64,000 nt of DNA from an uncultured Candidatus Saccharibacteria bacterium (GTDB lineage: Bacteria; Patescibacteriota; Doudnabacteria; UBA920), in NCBI GenBank assembly GCA_964474825.1, contig CAYYWQ010000001.1, positions 549,609-613,608 of the forward strand, written 5' to 3'. The translations under genes and the position numbers were made by a program. Shown piece after piece: positions 17,742 to 27,117 of the stretch. Numbering within the stretch: position 1 is the stretch's first letter; every line of letters begins with the position of its first letter. The notes under the pieces are model-generated. The model saw nothing but the letters and a program-made list of their open reading frames with translations, was not told the origin of the DNA and ran no database searches.

Positions 17742-19478
17742 CTACTTTCTGGTTGGCGGGATATGCAAATAATTTAAAATAAACTGGGCCATTTGGCCAA
17801 AGACGGGCCCTGCTGTGCTTTCCGCGTATTGTACGTCGCGCGGATGGTCAATGCGAATAAGCATTACAAACTGCGGGTCATCCACGGGTCCGTATCCTAT
17901 AAACGAACCAATGTTGTTATGCTCGTCATAACCCGGCTTGCCGTCTGTTCGTGGCACCTGCGCGGTTCCAGTTTTGCCGGCAATATAATAACCCGGCACC
18001 GCGGCGCGTTTTCCAAAACCTTTCTCCACTACATCCACCAACATGGCTGAAGTTTGGTAAGCGGTTTTGGAAGACACCGGCTGACCAACGACCACGGGAT
18101 CCGTGTTCACAACCTTACCGTCAGGAAAAATTTTGGTCTGGACAATATACGGCTTCATCATTTTGCCGCCATTCGCCAAAGCGCCATAGGATTGCAGCAT
18201 TTGAATTGGGGTTACACTAATACCCTGGCCAAAACTTGCTGTGTAATAATTTACCGTAATATTCCCTTTAAGTATGCCACTTAAGTCACCGCTAAGTTCC
18301 GGCAATTCAATTCCGGTTTTTTGGCCGAACCCAAAAGCTTTTACGTATTTTAAAAATTCACTGTTGCCGATTTGGGTTTGGGCGAAAATCGCCCCAGTGT
18401 TTAACGAAAAATCCAGAGCTTCTATCATGGTTTGCTTCCCGCGGGCTCCGGGTTCCGCGTTTTTTATGGTATAGCCGTCAACTTTTACCTGGCCGGTGTC
18501 CACAAAAGTAGTTTCTGGGGTGAGTTTATTTTCATTAATGGCCGCGGCCATGGTAATGGCTTTAAAAGTTGAGCCGGGTTCAAACACCCCTATGGTTGCC
18601 TGATTGCTAAAAATTTTAGATTCCGAAACTTTTCCAAAATTATTAGGGTCAAAATCCGGATAGGCGGCCATTGTTAAAATTGCCCCTGTTTTTGGGTCCA
18701 TAACTATAATACTGCCGCTGTCCGCGCCATGCCTGCTAACTGCTTCGGCTAAAACCGTTTGCGCGTGGAACTGGATATTTTTATCCACAGTTAAAATTAA
18801 ATTTACGCCATCCACAGCCGGCTCGCCTTGGCGCTGGGCGCCAAAAATCCAGGCGCCACTAATATCTTTTTCTTCATACAAATCGCCATTTTTCCCGGCC
18901 AGGTCTTTGTCAAAATATCGTTCCAGTCCGTACAAACCCACCTTTTGGTTTTGGGCATTGTAGCCTACAAAACCTAAGACATGGCTGAGCAAGTTGTCCT
19001 GCGGATAATAACGACTGTCCTCGGAGTCCAAAAAAATTCCGGAAAGCCCGAGTTGTGTAATTTTGGCCTGCTCCTCCTCGGTTAGTTGTTTTTTGAGCGG
19101 CACGTACTTGCGCGTCTGGTCTGTAATTTTAGTTAGAATATCTGTCGCCTGCAAACCTAAAGCCGTGGCTAAACTTTCGGAAGTAAGTTTTGGGTTCTGG
19201 ACTGCCTGAGGCACGGCGTAGACTAAATACTTTTTAGTGTTTGTGGCCACCGGGATTGGCAGCAGTGTTAACTTGTCCACTAAATCAATTTCTCCGCGAG
19301 AGGCCATAAGTTTTAAATAAACGCTGTGCTGCTGCTCAGCCTGCTTCCGCGCAGCGTCGCCGTGAACCACCTGTAGCATAAACAACCGGCCAATAATTAC
19401 AGCCAGGGCCAATAACAAAAAAACAGTCAACACGGCTGTTCTTTGGCGAAATATATCTTTGCGGGGAGATGCAACCAT
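17742..19478 (-). CDS. ftsI: Class B penicillin-binding protein (FtsI-like)
   Basis: EPGSTFK (SxxK), SLN (SxN), GKTGTAQ; dcw context. Confidence 0.88.
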   Translation of the reverse strand: MVASPRKDIFRQRTAVLTVFLLLALAVIIGRLFMLQVVHGDAARKQAEQQHSVYLKLMASRGEIDLVDKLTLLPIPVATNTKKYLVYAVPQAVQNPKLTSESLATALGLQATDILTKITDQTRKYVPLKKQLTEEEQAKITQLGLSGIFLDSEDSRYYPQDNLLSHVLGFVGYNAQNQKVGLYGLERYFDKDLAGKNGDLYEEKDISGAWIFGAQRQGEPAVDGVNLILTVDKNIQFHAQTVLAEAVSRHGADSGSIIVMDPKTGAILTMAAYPDFDPNNFGKVSESKIFSNQATIGVFEPGSTFKAITMAAAINENKLTPETTFVDTGQVKVDGYTIKNAEPGARGKQTMIEALDFSLNTGAIFAQTQIGNSEFLKYVKAFGFGQKTGIELPELSGDLSGILKGNITVNYYTASFGQGISVTPIQMLQSYGALANGGKMMKPYIVQTKIFPDGKVVNTDPVVVGQPVSSKTAYQTSAMLVDVVEKGFGKRAAVPGYYIAGKTGTAQVPRTDGKPGYDEHNNIGSFIGYGPVDDPQFVMLIRIDHPRDVQYAESTAGPVFGQMAQFILNYLHIPPTRK

Positions 19479-19502
19479 GGCTAAATCAAAATAGTTAAAT
19501 TA

Positions 19503-19886
19503 CTAGAGTCCTTGGCTAACGGTATTTTGGATTACCGAGACAATTGTATAAGAAAGCATTACAATAATCAATCCAATAATTGCGTTTGTCACGGTTTTCC
19601 TGCCGCGCTCAGCGCGTTCCTGGTTACCGTTTGAGGTTATATAGAAAAAGCCACCAATTATAATAAATAAGACTGCTAGACTGCCGGAAATAAATAACAG
19701 TAGATGTATAATGCTTAAAATCAGTTCCACTAATGTCTGGGAGCAGGCCGGACCCTCGTTACAAAACAATGATCTAATGGCATTCAATCCAAAAATGTCA
19801 CTGCCGCCACTGGCAAAAGCCAAAGCCGGAAAAAATAACAAGGCGACCGCAGCAAATGAAAATATTTTCTTAAAAATTATTTTCAT
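19503..19886 (-). CDS. TrbC/VirB2-like pilin of the CPR type
   Basis: Signal peptide; LAVLFIIIGGFFYITSNGN...TNAIIGLIIV. Confidence 0.8.
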   Translation of the reverse strand: MKIIFKKIFSFAAVALLFFPALAFASGGSDIFGLNAIRSLFCNEGPACSQTLVELILSIIHLLLFISGSLAVLFIIIGGFFYITSNGNQERAERGRKTVTNAIIGLIIVMLSYTIVSVIQNTVSQGL

Positions 19887-19898
19887 AGGCAGCCAAGA

Positions 19899-20270
19899 TT
19901 ACCGCTTACTCAGCTGGTTAACCTGCAAAAACTGTGGTGTTCCGGCAGGGACAAAGTCCGCTCCCAAAACCTGGCTCTGCACAGTAATCATAGAAGAAAC
20001 CTGCGCAACTTTTACGGTTAACTTTTGGTTAGCCTCGGTTAAGCCGGCCAAATGGTTTTGAAGTTTTTTTATTTCATAACCCGTGGAGGCGTAACTGTTA
20101 ACAGAAACTAAGTAGTCTGCCAAAATTAAAACAGACACAGCCACCAAAAACACGGCAGCCCATTTCTGCCAGGGCGACGGCTTACTAACTGTAAAACGCT
20201 TTACCGCGGACGTTTGCCTGTTTGGAACAGACATGCCAAAAAAATTATCTAAAGCTAAGCCTCTGATCAT
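19899..20270 (-). CDS. FtsL-like cell division protein
   Basis: Single TM followed by a coiled coil (GYEIKKLQ...L); directly after rsmH. Confidence 0.65.
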   Translation of the reverse strand: MIRGLALDNFFGMSVPNRQTSAVKRFTVSKPSPWQKWAAVFLVAVSVLILADYLVSVNSYASTGYEIKKLQNHLAGLTEANQKLTVKVAQVSSMITVQSQVLGADFVPAGTPQFLQVNQLSKR

Positions 20271-20346
20271 ATTATTTTTTTATTTTTATTTTGATTTTAT
20301 ATTTGGGGGACGCTTTGGTTTTGATTTTGACTTTCATATGCATTGC

Positions 20347-21276
20347 TTACAATTTTATTACTGCCCTCAGTTTTGCCGGCTTGGATCTGGAGTTGCTTGC
20401 CTGTTCAGCTTCAGATGCCGAGACCAGTTTTTTTGTTAAAATTTTTGCTTTTGGGTTTTTGCCGCAAATACATTGCGGGAAATCCAGCGGGCACACACAC
20501 CCTTTAGTTAATCCTACAAAAAACTGCTTAACCATCCTGTCCTCAAGTGAATGAAAGCTTACTATTGCCAATCTGCCGCCCGGAGCCAGTATGTCAAACG
20601 CTTTAGGCAAAAACTCCTCTAAGCTTTGTAGTTCCTGGTTAACTTCTATGCGTAATGCCTGGAAAATTCTTCTGGCGTGGTCATCTGCCTTATGTTTAAT
20701 TGGCTTTGGCAGGGCCTCCTGAATTAACTGATATAGATCTGTGGTGTATTTTATTTCTATTCTCTTTTCTCTATTCCCTATTATCTTCCTTGCTATTTGC
20801 CTGCTAAACTTTTCCTCTCCGTAATCTTCAAAAACTTTTGCTAACCTTTGTTCATCGTAACTGCTTAAAATAAATTTGGCGTCTTCGTTATGCGATTTGT
20901 CATACCGCATGTCCAGCAGTTCTTTTTTTTGGAAACTCATTCCCCTGTTTTCCAGTTCATAAGAAGAAAACCCCAAGTCCGCAACTATACCGCTAATATT
21001 TTCAAATTTGTGATGCGTAACTATTTTATCTATCTGCGAAAAATTGCCGTTCTGTAAGATTAAAGATTTAGGATTTAAGATTAAAGATCTGACATTATCT
21101 ATCGCATCCTGATCTAAATCTATTGCCAATACTTTCCCGTTCGGCTTAATTTTGTCCAATATAGCCGCAGTGTATCCGCCGCCGCCTAAGGTGGCGTCTA
21201 CGAAATTCTGATTGGGACCAGGACTAAGTAACCCAATAACCTCATTAAGTAAAACTGGAATGTGTTCATAAGTCAT
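20347..21276 (-). CDS. rsmH: 16S rRNA m4C1402 methyltransferase
   Basis: HIPVLLNE, DATLGGGG, DLGFSS, LDMR, FQALRIEVN, SFHSLEDR. Confidence 0.96.
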   Translation of the reverse strand: MTYEHIPVLLNEVIGLLSPGPNQNFVDATLGGGGYTAAILDKIKPNGKVLAIDLDQDAIDNVRSLILNPKSLILQNGNFSQIDKIVTHHKFENISGIVADLGFSSYELENRGMSFQKKELLDMRYDKSHNEDAKFILSSYDEQRLAKVFEDYGEEKFSRQIARKIIGNREKRIEIKYTTDLYQLIQEALPKPIKHKADDHARRIFQALRIEVNQELQSLEEFLPKAFDILAPGGRLAIVSFHSLEDRMVKQFFVGLTKGCVCPLDFPQCICGKNPKAKILTKKLVSASEAEQASNSRSKPAKLRAVIKL

Positions 21277-21281
21277 GTAAA

Positions 21282-21713
21282 TTAAACGCCTAACGAACCT
21301 AATTGCTCTGCGATGGAATTACTGGCTGCCTCGGTCTGTTGTTTGTAAGCCTGCCACAATTCTTCACTCCAAATTTCTATGCGGTTATAAAGTCCGGCCA
21401 CCACAACTTTTTTACTAATTTTGGCAAATTCTTTTAAGTATCCAGGTAAAATAATCCTGCCTTGCTTGTCTACGTCGCAGTCCATAGCACCGGCCAACAT
21501 TAGCCGGGAAAAAGCGCGGGTATTGGCAGTAGAAATTGGGAGACTAGCCAATTTTTCCGCAAGCTTTTTCCATTCCTCAGCCGTGTATAAAAACAGTGAA
21601 TTGTCCAAACCTCTGGTAACAACAACTTTTTGTTTCAATTGCTTCCTAAATTTTACCGGAATGGAAACCCTTCCTTTTTCATCTATACTTGCCTGATATT
21701 CACCAATAAACAT
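21282..21713 (-). CDS. mraZ: Division/cell wall cluster transcriptional repressor
   Basis: MFIGEY, DEKGRV, TRGLD, DKQGRI, EIW. Confidence 0.97.
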   Translation of the reverse strand: MFIGEYQASIDEKGRVSIPVKFRKQLKQKVVVTRGLDNSLFLYTAEEWKKLAEKLASLPISTANTRAFSRLMLAGAMDCDVDKQGRIILPGYLKEFAKISKKVVVAGLYNRIEIWSEELWQAYKQQTEAASNSIAEQLGSLGV

Positions 21714-21770
21714 ATAGCTACGGAAAGAAGATTAAATTCACTACAGAAAACTACGGAATAATTAAGTTTA

Positions 21771-21851
21771 CTTATCCACCAAACTTACCACTTATCCCCA
21801 CTTTCAACCACTTCATACCATTTAAAGATATTATACACCACAATTCCCCAT
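21771..21851 (-). promoter_or_regulatory. MraZ operator: GTGG direct repeats at ~10-bp spacing next to a TATAAT -10
   Basis: Minus strand AAGTGGttgaAAGTGGggatAAGTGGtaagtttGGTGG; TG-TATAAT upstream. Confidence 0.75.
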
Positions 21852-22044
21852 AGGTCAAAAGGTTTGCAAGTATATTAAAAATACAAAACACCCCTTATTT
21901 AAGGGGTGTTTTGTGGAAATTTAAAATATTTTATAATCTAATCCACAGGTATAAAAAAATTAAAAAAATGTCGTTTAAAATACAAACAGAAACGCACGCT
22001 CCACCCGGTTAGGCGGCGCGTGCGCGTAGAGATATTCACCGAGG

Positions 22045-22944
22045 TTAACCCCCCAGTCCGGCGAGCAGTTTTGCGGCTTGCCGGGCCTTCTCCAGTTCTC
22101 CGTCGAGCCTTTGATTCTCCGTCTTGAGCGAAGAGATAGCCGTCTGGTTAGCAGCTCTCTCGTCTTTGATCGCCTTAACAGCGGCCGGGGCCTTCTCCAC
22201 TAACTGCTGGAGCAGGCTAAGAAACTCGGCAACCGCCGGTAATTCAACGACATCCGTGGCAACAAACGCCGGCTTCCTGGGCCCGGCGACTTTCTTGCCG
22301 CGCAACTTCCGCAAATGCTGCTCAACGTTCGCCCTTCTTGCCTCCGGAAAACCATTGGCGTGGGCGGCGCTAAGAAGCCACTCGACTTCATCCCTGACCA
22401 CAGGACAATTAGCATAGGCGTTGGCCCGGATGAATTCGGGCAGTTTCCAGGCAATACCCTGCAGTGGATACTTCACAGAGCGCGCCCCGGGATTCGGCTG
22501 CGGAGGATCGGGTGGAGGGGGCGGCGGTTCCGGGTTCGGTTTCAAACCCGATCCGTTACCTGGCGGCGACCCGCCAACGGGCGGGCGCACCACCGCACTG
22601 AGTCGTTCCCTCAGCCTCTGTTGGAGTTTGCCCTGGTCGAAAACCTCATAGGCCAAAATCCGACTCTGGTTATCCTTCATCATCTGTTTTAAGACCACCG
22701 TTTTGTCCTTGGGGATTTCCCGCGGATTGAAAATGACGACCTTGGCCTGTATCAAATTGTGATTGTTAACGGCAATCTCACTCGCCGAAACCTGCAGCAC
22801 CCGAGGGTCGTGCAAGAGGGCAACATTTTCTTGAGCAAAACTAGCTGCCACAGCGCCAATAACCGCAACGCTATGCTTTTCCACTGACGAACTTTCCATA
22901 CCGACCTTTTCATATGCGGATTTAGGAGCATAGATTAACATCAT
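22045..22944 (-). CDS. GC-richer hypothetical protein with Pro-rich linker and C-terminal coiled coil
   Basis: Own TTGAAA-N17-TATAAT promoter and AGGAGG RBS. Confidence 0.7.
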   Translation of the reverse strand: MMLIYAPKSAYEKVGMESSSVEKHSVAVIGAVAASFAQENVALLHDPRVLQVSASEIAVNNHNLIQAKVVIFNPREIPKDKTVVLKQMMKDNQSRILAYEVFDQGKLQQRLRERLSAVVRPPVGGSPPGNGSGLKPNPEPPPPPPDPPQPNPGARSVKYPLQGIAWKLPEFIRANAYANCPVVRDEVEWLLSAAHANGFPEARRANVEQHLRKLRGKKVAGPRKPAFVATDVVELPAVAEFLSLLQQLVEKAPAAVKAIKDERAANQTAISSLKTENQRLDGELEKARQAAKLLAGLGG

Positions 22945-23057
22945 CTTCCTCCTAGAGCATAGGGGGATTATAGCTTACATAAGCCTTAATTTCAAGGACA
23001 AAAAAACACCCTCAAATATAAAAGGGTGTCTAAAAAATCTCTCTTAAATTTATTTAA

Positions 23058-23537
23058 TTATCCCATTTTTATAGCATAGGCAGCGACACCAAAGGCAACA
23101 GAAACGTTTAGGCTTTCTTTTTTGCCGAGCATTGGAATTTCCACGGTTTTGTCGCACAGGCTTAACAAAGATTTTGAAATCCCCTTACGCTCTTCTCCTA
23201 AAATTAAAGCCATGGGAAATTTGGGCTTAAATTTTGTTATGTCTACAGCTCCAGGGTTGTTTTCTAAACCAATAATCTGGACCTTTTGTTTTTTTAAAAT
23301 TCTAATAACGGCCTGAGGGGTTTTAGAATATTCCCAAGCCACCCAAGTTTCCGCTCCTAAGGCCACTTTGCCAATTTTAGAAGAATGCACTTCGTTGTCT
23401 GGCCTGCCCGTAAAACCGGTTAAATAAATTTTAGTAACACCAAACGCGTCGGCCGTACGAAAAATAGAGCCTACGTTATAAAGAGACCTTATGTTATGGC
23501 AAATGACAAAAAAATCTTTAGATTTTGTTTGTGTCAT
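23058..23537 (-). CDS. SpoU/TrmH family RNA methyltransferase
   Basis: NIRSLYNVGSIFRTAD, LGEERKG, IPMLG..ESLNVSVA. Confidence 0.9.
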   Translation of the reverse strand: MTQTKSKDFFVICHNIRSLYNVGSIFRTADAFGVTKIYLTGFTGRPDNEVHSSKIGKVALGAETWVAWEYSKTPQAVIRILKKQKVQIIGLENNPGAVDITKFKPKFPMALILGEERKGISKSLLSLCDKTVEIPMLGKKESLNVSVAFGVAAYAIKMG

Positions 23538-24042
23538 TTTGTTTAGCTTTTTTCCTTAAGACAAAAAACCAAAATAAATAAACTAGGGCGATTAACGAAT
23601 AATTTATAACCATAAACAACGGGTGCCCCCAAGAAGTCCCGTGATCAAACTTGTAACCGGACAATGGGTACAAAAGCGGGGTTTCGTAAAAGCCTTTGTG
23701 AGTAAAAACATCTATTGCAATATGCAAAGCCCAGCCCCATAGTGGCCAATATACTTTACCACGGCGGATTATTGTAACTATTAACATTACAACAGCAAAA
23801 GTTACAAAGCTATGCGTCCAGTTATAGGACCAGGAAGCGTAGCGGAACATCCAGGAACCGGAATTAAAAGTTTCAATTCCAAAATGGCTGCGGCTAAAAA
23901 TTAAGAAGAAAAAGGCCGGGGTAAAAGAAAGTAAGTCCGGCATTAAGCCAAAAAATATCGCCCAATAGCGACTGGCTTTTTCAGTGGTGTAATTTTTGTA
24001 AAACACCGCGTTAGTCCATAACGCGTGGGCAAAAACATCCAT
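23518..24042 (-). CDS. Membrane metal-dependent hydrolase-like protein (YdjM-like)
   Basis: N-terminal His, PD, THS, HIAIDVFTH, PL. Confidence 0.7.
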   Translation of the reverse strand: MDVFAHALWTNAVFYKNYTTEKASRYWAIFFGLMPDLLSFTPAFFFLIFSRSHFGIETFNSGSWMFRYASWSYNWTHSFVTFAVVMLIVTIIRRGKVYWPLWGWALHIAIDVFTHKGFYETPLLYPLSGYKFDHGTSWGHPLFMVINYSLIALVYLFWFFVLRKKAKQNDTNKI

Positions 24043-24058
24043 ATTTAAAAATATAATT

Positions 24059-24466
24059 TCAAACTAACAGGTTCAAATTTAAATCCGCGTTCAATTCCCG
24101 CTTTAACTCGCCTTCTAATTTTATTAAAAAAATTTCGCAGGTAAGGGAAACAAGTAACTTGCTTATATGTCCGCCAATTAAAGAAAAATCGGTCTTTCCA
24201 AAACTGCCGTGCATATGAAGTGCACCATTGCCGCCGTTGCCCGTGAGCGAAACAATTTCCAAGTCTTCCTGGAATATTTTTTTCTCATATTCTTTTTTGG
24301 AAAAATTAAAATAGGCCAGCTCAAGATCTGAACAGGCCCCCAAACCGTTAAACGCGCATGCGGTAATTTTTTGGTCAGCCAAAAATTGCTTTAACGCGGC
24401 AATAACTTCTTCGCCCCTGTCAAAACGCAAAATATAACGACGGTTGTCTTGTATGACAACTTTCAT
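24059..24466 (-). CDS. PPC/DUF296 domain protein
   Basis: EIVSLTGN, HMH, GGH. Confidence 0.85.
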   Translation of the reverse strand: MKVVIQDNRRYILRFDRGEEVIAALKQFLADQKITACAFNGLGACSDLELAYFNFSKKEYEKKIFQEDLEIVSLTGNGGNGALHMHGSFGKTDFSLIGGHISKLLVSLTCEIFLIKLEGELKRELNADLNLNLLV

Positions 24467-24470
24467 TTGT

Positions 24471-24854
24471 TTAAGAAAGTTTAACGCTTCTGGCTAAAAC
24501 GTCTTTGACTTTTTGAATAACATTGTCTATAGACTGGTCAGACTTAAGTAAATAGTCTACAGCGCCGGCTTCCACAATTTTGCTAATAGTTTCCACGTCG
24601 CCTATGTTAGTTAAAACTATAACAGCGGTGTTAGCAGTTTCCGGGTTGGCTTTAAGCTCCCACAGAACTGAAATACCATCCAACTTTGGCATCATAATGT
24701 CTAAAAGCAAAAGATTAGGTTTAACCTCTTTGCATTTGGCAACGGCCTCTTCTCCGTCATAAGCCGGGATTGGCTCATAACCCGCACTCTTTAGCGCCTC
24801 ACACAACGAGCCGGAAATAAGCTTGTCGTCTTCAGCGACTACAATGGTTGTCAT
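24471..24854 (-). CDS. Single-domain response regulator
   Basis: VAEDD, LLDIMMPKLDG, LTN, DYLLK. Confidence 0.92.
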   Translation of the reverse strand: MTTIVVAEDDKLISGSLCEALKSAGYEPIPAYDGEEAVAKCKEVKPNLLLLDIMMPKLDGISVLWELKANPETANTAVIVLTNIGDVETISKIVEAGAVDYLLKSDQSIDNVIQKVKDVLARSVKLS

Positions 24855-24872
24855 GTTAATTTCCTTTCTGTC

Positions 24873-24954
24873 TTTACTAACTACTAATTAATTACGAATA
24901 TACTAATGCTGGCAATTTAACTCGTATATTAGTATGACTTCGTAGTTCGTAAAG
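24873..24954. repeat. AT-rich imperfect inverted repeat built from short tandem units
   Basis: TTTACTAACTAC..ACGAATATACTAAT / ATTAGTATGACTTCGTAGTTCGTAAA. Confidence 0.5.
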
Positions 24955-24967
24955 CCAGTTTGTTATT

Positions 24968-26626
24968 TTAAATTGGTAATGAAAAATTAAAGGTTGACCC
25001 CAAATTTTCTCCGGCGCTTTCCGCCCAAATTTTCCCCTTATGGGCTTCTATAATACCTCGGCTAACTACTAACCCTAAACCAGTGCCTTTACGGCTGCGG
25101 TCGCCGCTGTTTAACTGCTTGAACTTGGAGAACAACTGGTTTACGTCTTCATGGGAAACTCCTATACCGCTGTCTTTAACGCCCACAACTACTTGCTTGC
25201 CTGCCGCGTCGGGATTTACATTCACCTCAATTGTCCCGCTGTCAGTGTATTTTATGGCGTTACTAAGCAAATTCCCCAAAACCTGGGAAATTCTTACCCT
25301 ATCAAATTTTACCATATATTTGTCCGGGGTGGTAGAAGTAATGGTTAAATGCTTGCCTTCAGCTTGCGGTGTAAAAGCTTTAATTTGTTCTTTAACTACT
25401 TCCACTAAATCGTAACTTTGCTGATTCAATTCAAATTTACCAGCCTCAATTTTAGCAACGTCCAGCAAGTCGTTGACCAATTCCAGCATGTTATTGGAAG
25501 CGGTTTCAATTGTGAGCACTGTGTCTTTAACTTTAGCGGGGTCAACTCCCTGGTTAGCAGCCAAATTCTTAAGCATGGACTCCGAAGACCAACGCACTGC
25601 GGTTAACGGCGCGCGTAATTCATGCACCATCATTGCCGTAAATTCCTGCCGTGTTTTTTCCAAAGTTTTTTCGGTGGTAATGTCGTGGAAAACTACACTA
25701 ACCCCCAACTTTTCGTTTTGCCCTGTTTTCACCGGGGAAATTCCTAAATACAAAGCTTTGTCTTTAACGAATACCTCCTCAACAAACAAAGGCTTGTCTT
25801 CACTTAAAGCTTGTTCAATTTTTGTGCGAATATCTACCTTGCCGGCCAATCCGTCTACAATGTCAAACATAGTTAAAGGCTTTCCGGGTGCCGGATTAAA
25901 CAAGGCGGCCGCGGCCGGGTTATGCACCAAAAGGCGATTATCCGCCGAAACCATAATTACACCGTCTGTTAAGGAGTAAATAATGGCGGAAAGCTTGCCT
26001 TTTTCGTTTTCCAATACGGTTTGCAATTTAGACACTGCCATGGAAGCCTGGTTAGTAATGGCGTAAAGAATGGAGGCCTGCTGTTCCCCATAACGGCCGC
26101 GCTCAGAAGACGCCACGTTTATCATACCCACCAACCTGCCGGAAATTACTACCGGCAAGTTAAAAAATGACCTGACTGTAATTTTTAAATTTTCGTCTAA
26201 AATATTTCCGGTTATACTTTCGTCCAGTTTTTTGGTATTCAGCTCGTTTCCTAAAATAGCACCGAAAGACAAAAGCATTTTTTCCTTAACTTCTTCAATA
26301 AATTCATGGTTAACCGTACGCTCAACGTGGCATTTAAAAGCAATGCCGCCGTCTTCGGCAATTATCATGTAGGCTACGGTGTCGTAATCTAAAAGGTTCC
26401 CCAAACTACTGGTAATAATATCTATAATCTTGGCAGTGTCCAAGGAATAACCAATACGGTCGTTAATTTCCTTTAACACTTCGGCCTGATAAACTTTTTG
26501 CTGCAATTCCAAAGACTGTCCGGCCTGCTGACGCAAAAATTTGCGTTCACGCCAAGACGAATAAATATAACCGGCCAAAACAACGGCCAGCATTACAAAA
26601 TCTATTGCAAGAAGTATATTTAGCAC
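24968..26626 (-). CDS. Sensor histidine kinase (TM-GAF-PAS-HisKA-HATPase)
   Basis: HELRAPL H-box, NLLSNAIKYT, DSGIG, GTGLGL. Confidence 0.93.
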   Translation of the reverse strand: MLNILLAIDFVMLAVVLAGYIYSSWRERKFLRQQAGQSLELQQKVYQAEVLKEINDRIGYSLDTAKIIDIITSSLGNLLDYDTVAYMIIAEDGGIAFKCHVERTVNHEFIEEVKEKMLLSFGAILGNELNTKKLDESITGNILDENLKITVRSFFNLPVVISGRLVGMINVASSERGRYGEQQASILYAITNQASMAVSKLQTVLENEKGKLSAIIYSLTDGVIMVSADNRLLVHNPAAAALFNPAPGKPLTMFDIVDGLAGKVDIRTKIEQALSEDKPLFVEEVFVKDKALYLGISPVKTGQNEKLGVSVVFHDITTEKTLEKTRQEFTAMMVHELRAPLTAVRWSSESMLKNLAANQGVDPAKVKDTVLTIETASNNMLELVNDLLDVAKIEAGKFELNQQSYDLVEVVKEQIKAFTPQAEGKHLTITSTTPDKYMVKFDRVRISQVLGNLLSNAIKYTDSGTIEVNVNPDAAGKQVVVGVKDSGIGVSHEDVNQLFSKFKQLNSGDRSRKGTGLGLVVSRGIIEAHKGKIWAESAGENLGSTFNFSLPI

Positions 26627-26691
26627 AATTTTTTGTTTTTAAGACACTAACACATTGCTGTTTTAGTGTCGGGTCTCCTATTAGTTTCGAT

Positions 26692-26958
26692 TTATATGCC
26701 TTTTAAAGTAGGATATTTTTCCAATAAAGTATTCAAAGTCATTTGGGCAATTTGACCAGAAAGATTCATATATTCATTAGCCACGCCTTTAAGCACCAGC
26801 TGTGGATCACCGTCCATGTCTAAAACCGTCCCGTCGTCCGTAACTTTTAGTCCCTGGATTTTTCTGGCTTTGTCTAATGCAATGTTCGGGCCCAAAACTA
26901 CCATTTGTTTCTGAATAAGGTCCGTAAGCATTTTTTTATACTCTTCTTGGTCTGCCAT
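26692..26958 (-). CDS. Small hypothetical protein upstream of the kinase
   Basis: GAGG RBS; start moved to MADQEEY. Confidence 0.65.
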   Translation of the reverse strand: MADQEEYKKMLTDLIQKQMVVLGPNIALDKARKIQGLKVTDDGTVLDMDGDPQLVLKGVANEYMNLSGQIAQMTLNTLLEKYPTLKGI

Positions 26959-27011
26959 AGTTTTTTCCTCAAATTTTAGGTTTAATTTGTATGCTTCATT
27001 ATACCACATTT

Positions 27012-27116
27012 TCTACTAAATACTAAAATAAACTAAAAATACGAAACCGGCCACAATCTTCAGCCAGGATAAAAATTTGGATTTAGTATTTTTAGTTCTT
27101 TTAGTATTTAGTAGAG
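27012..27116. repeat. AT-rich inverted repeat
   Basis: TCTACTAAATACTAAAATAAACTAAAAATAC ... GTATTTTTAGTTCTTTTAGTATTTAGTAGA. Confidence 0.65.
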
Positions 27117-27117
27117 A

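Noticed and set aside
20272-20343. 23-codon Lys/Ile-rich mini-ORF (MHMKVKIKTKASPKYKIKIKIKK) between rsmH and ftsL
   Set aside because: Arises from low-complexity AAAAT(C/A) repeats with no RBS; cannot be told from chance
21771-21851. Periodic CCAC repeats as CRISPR or iterons
   Set aside because: The 10-bp period and position match the known MraZ operator; no spacers and no cas genes in the window
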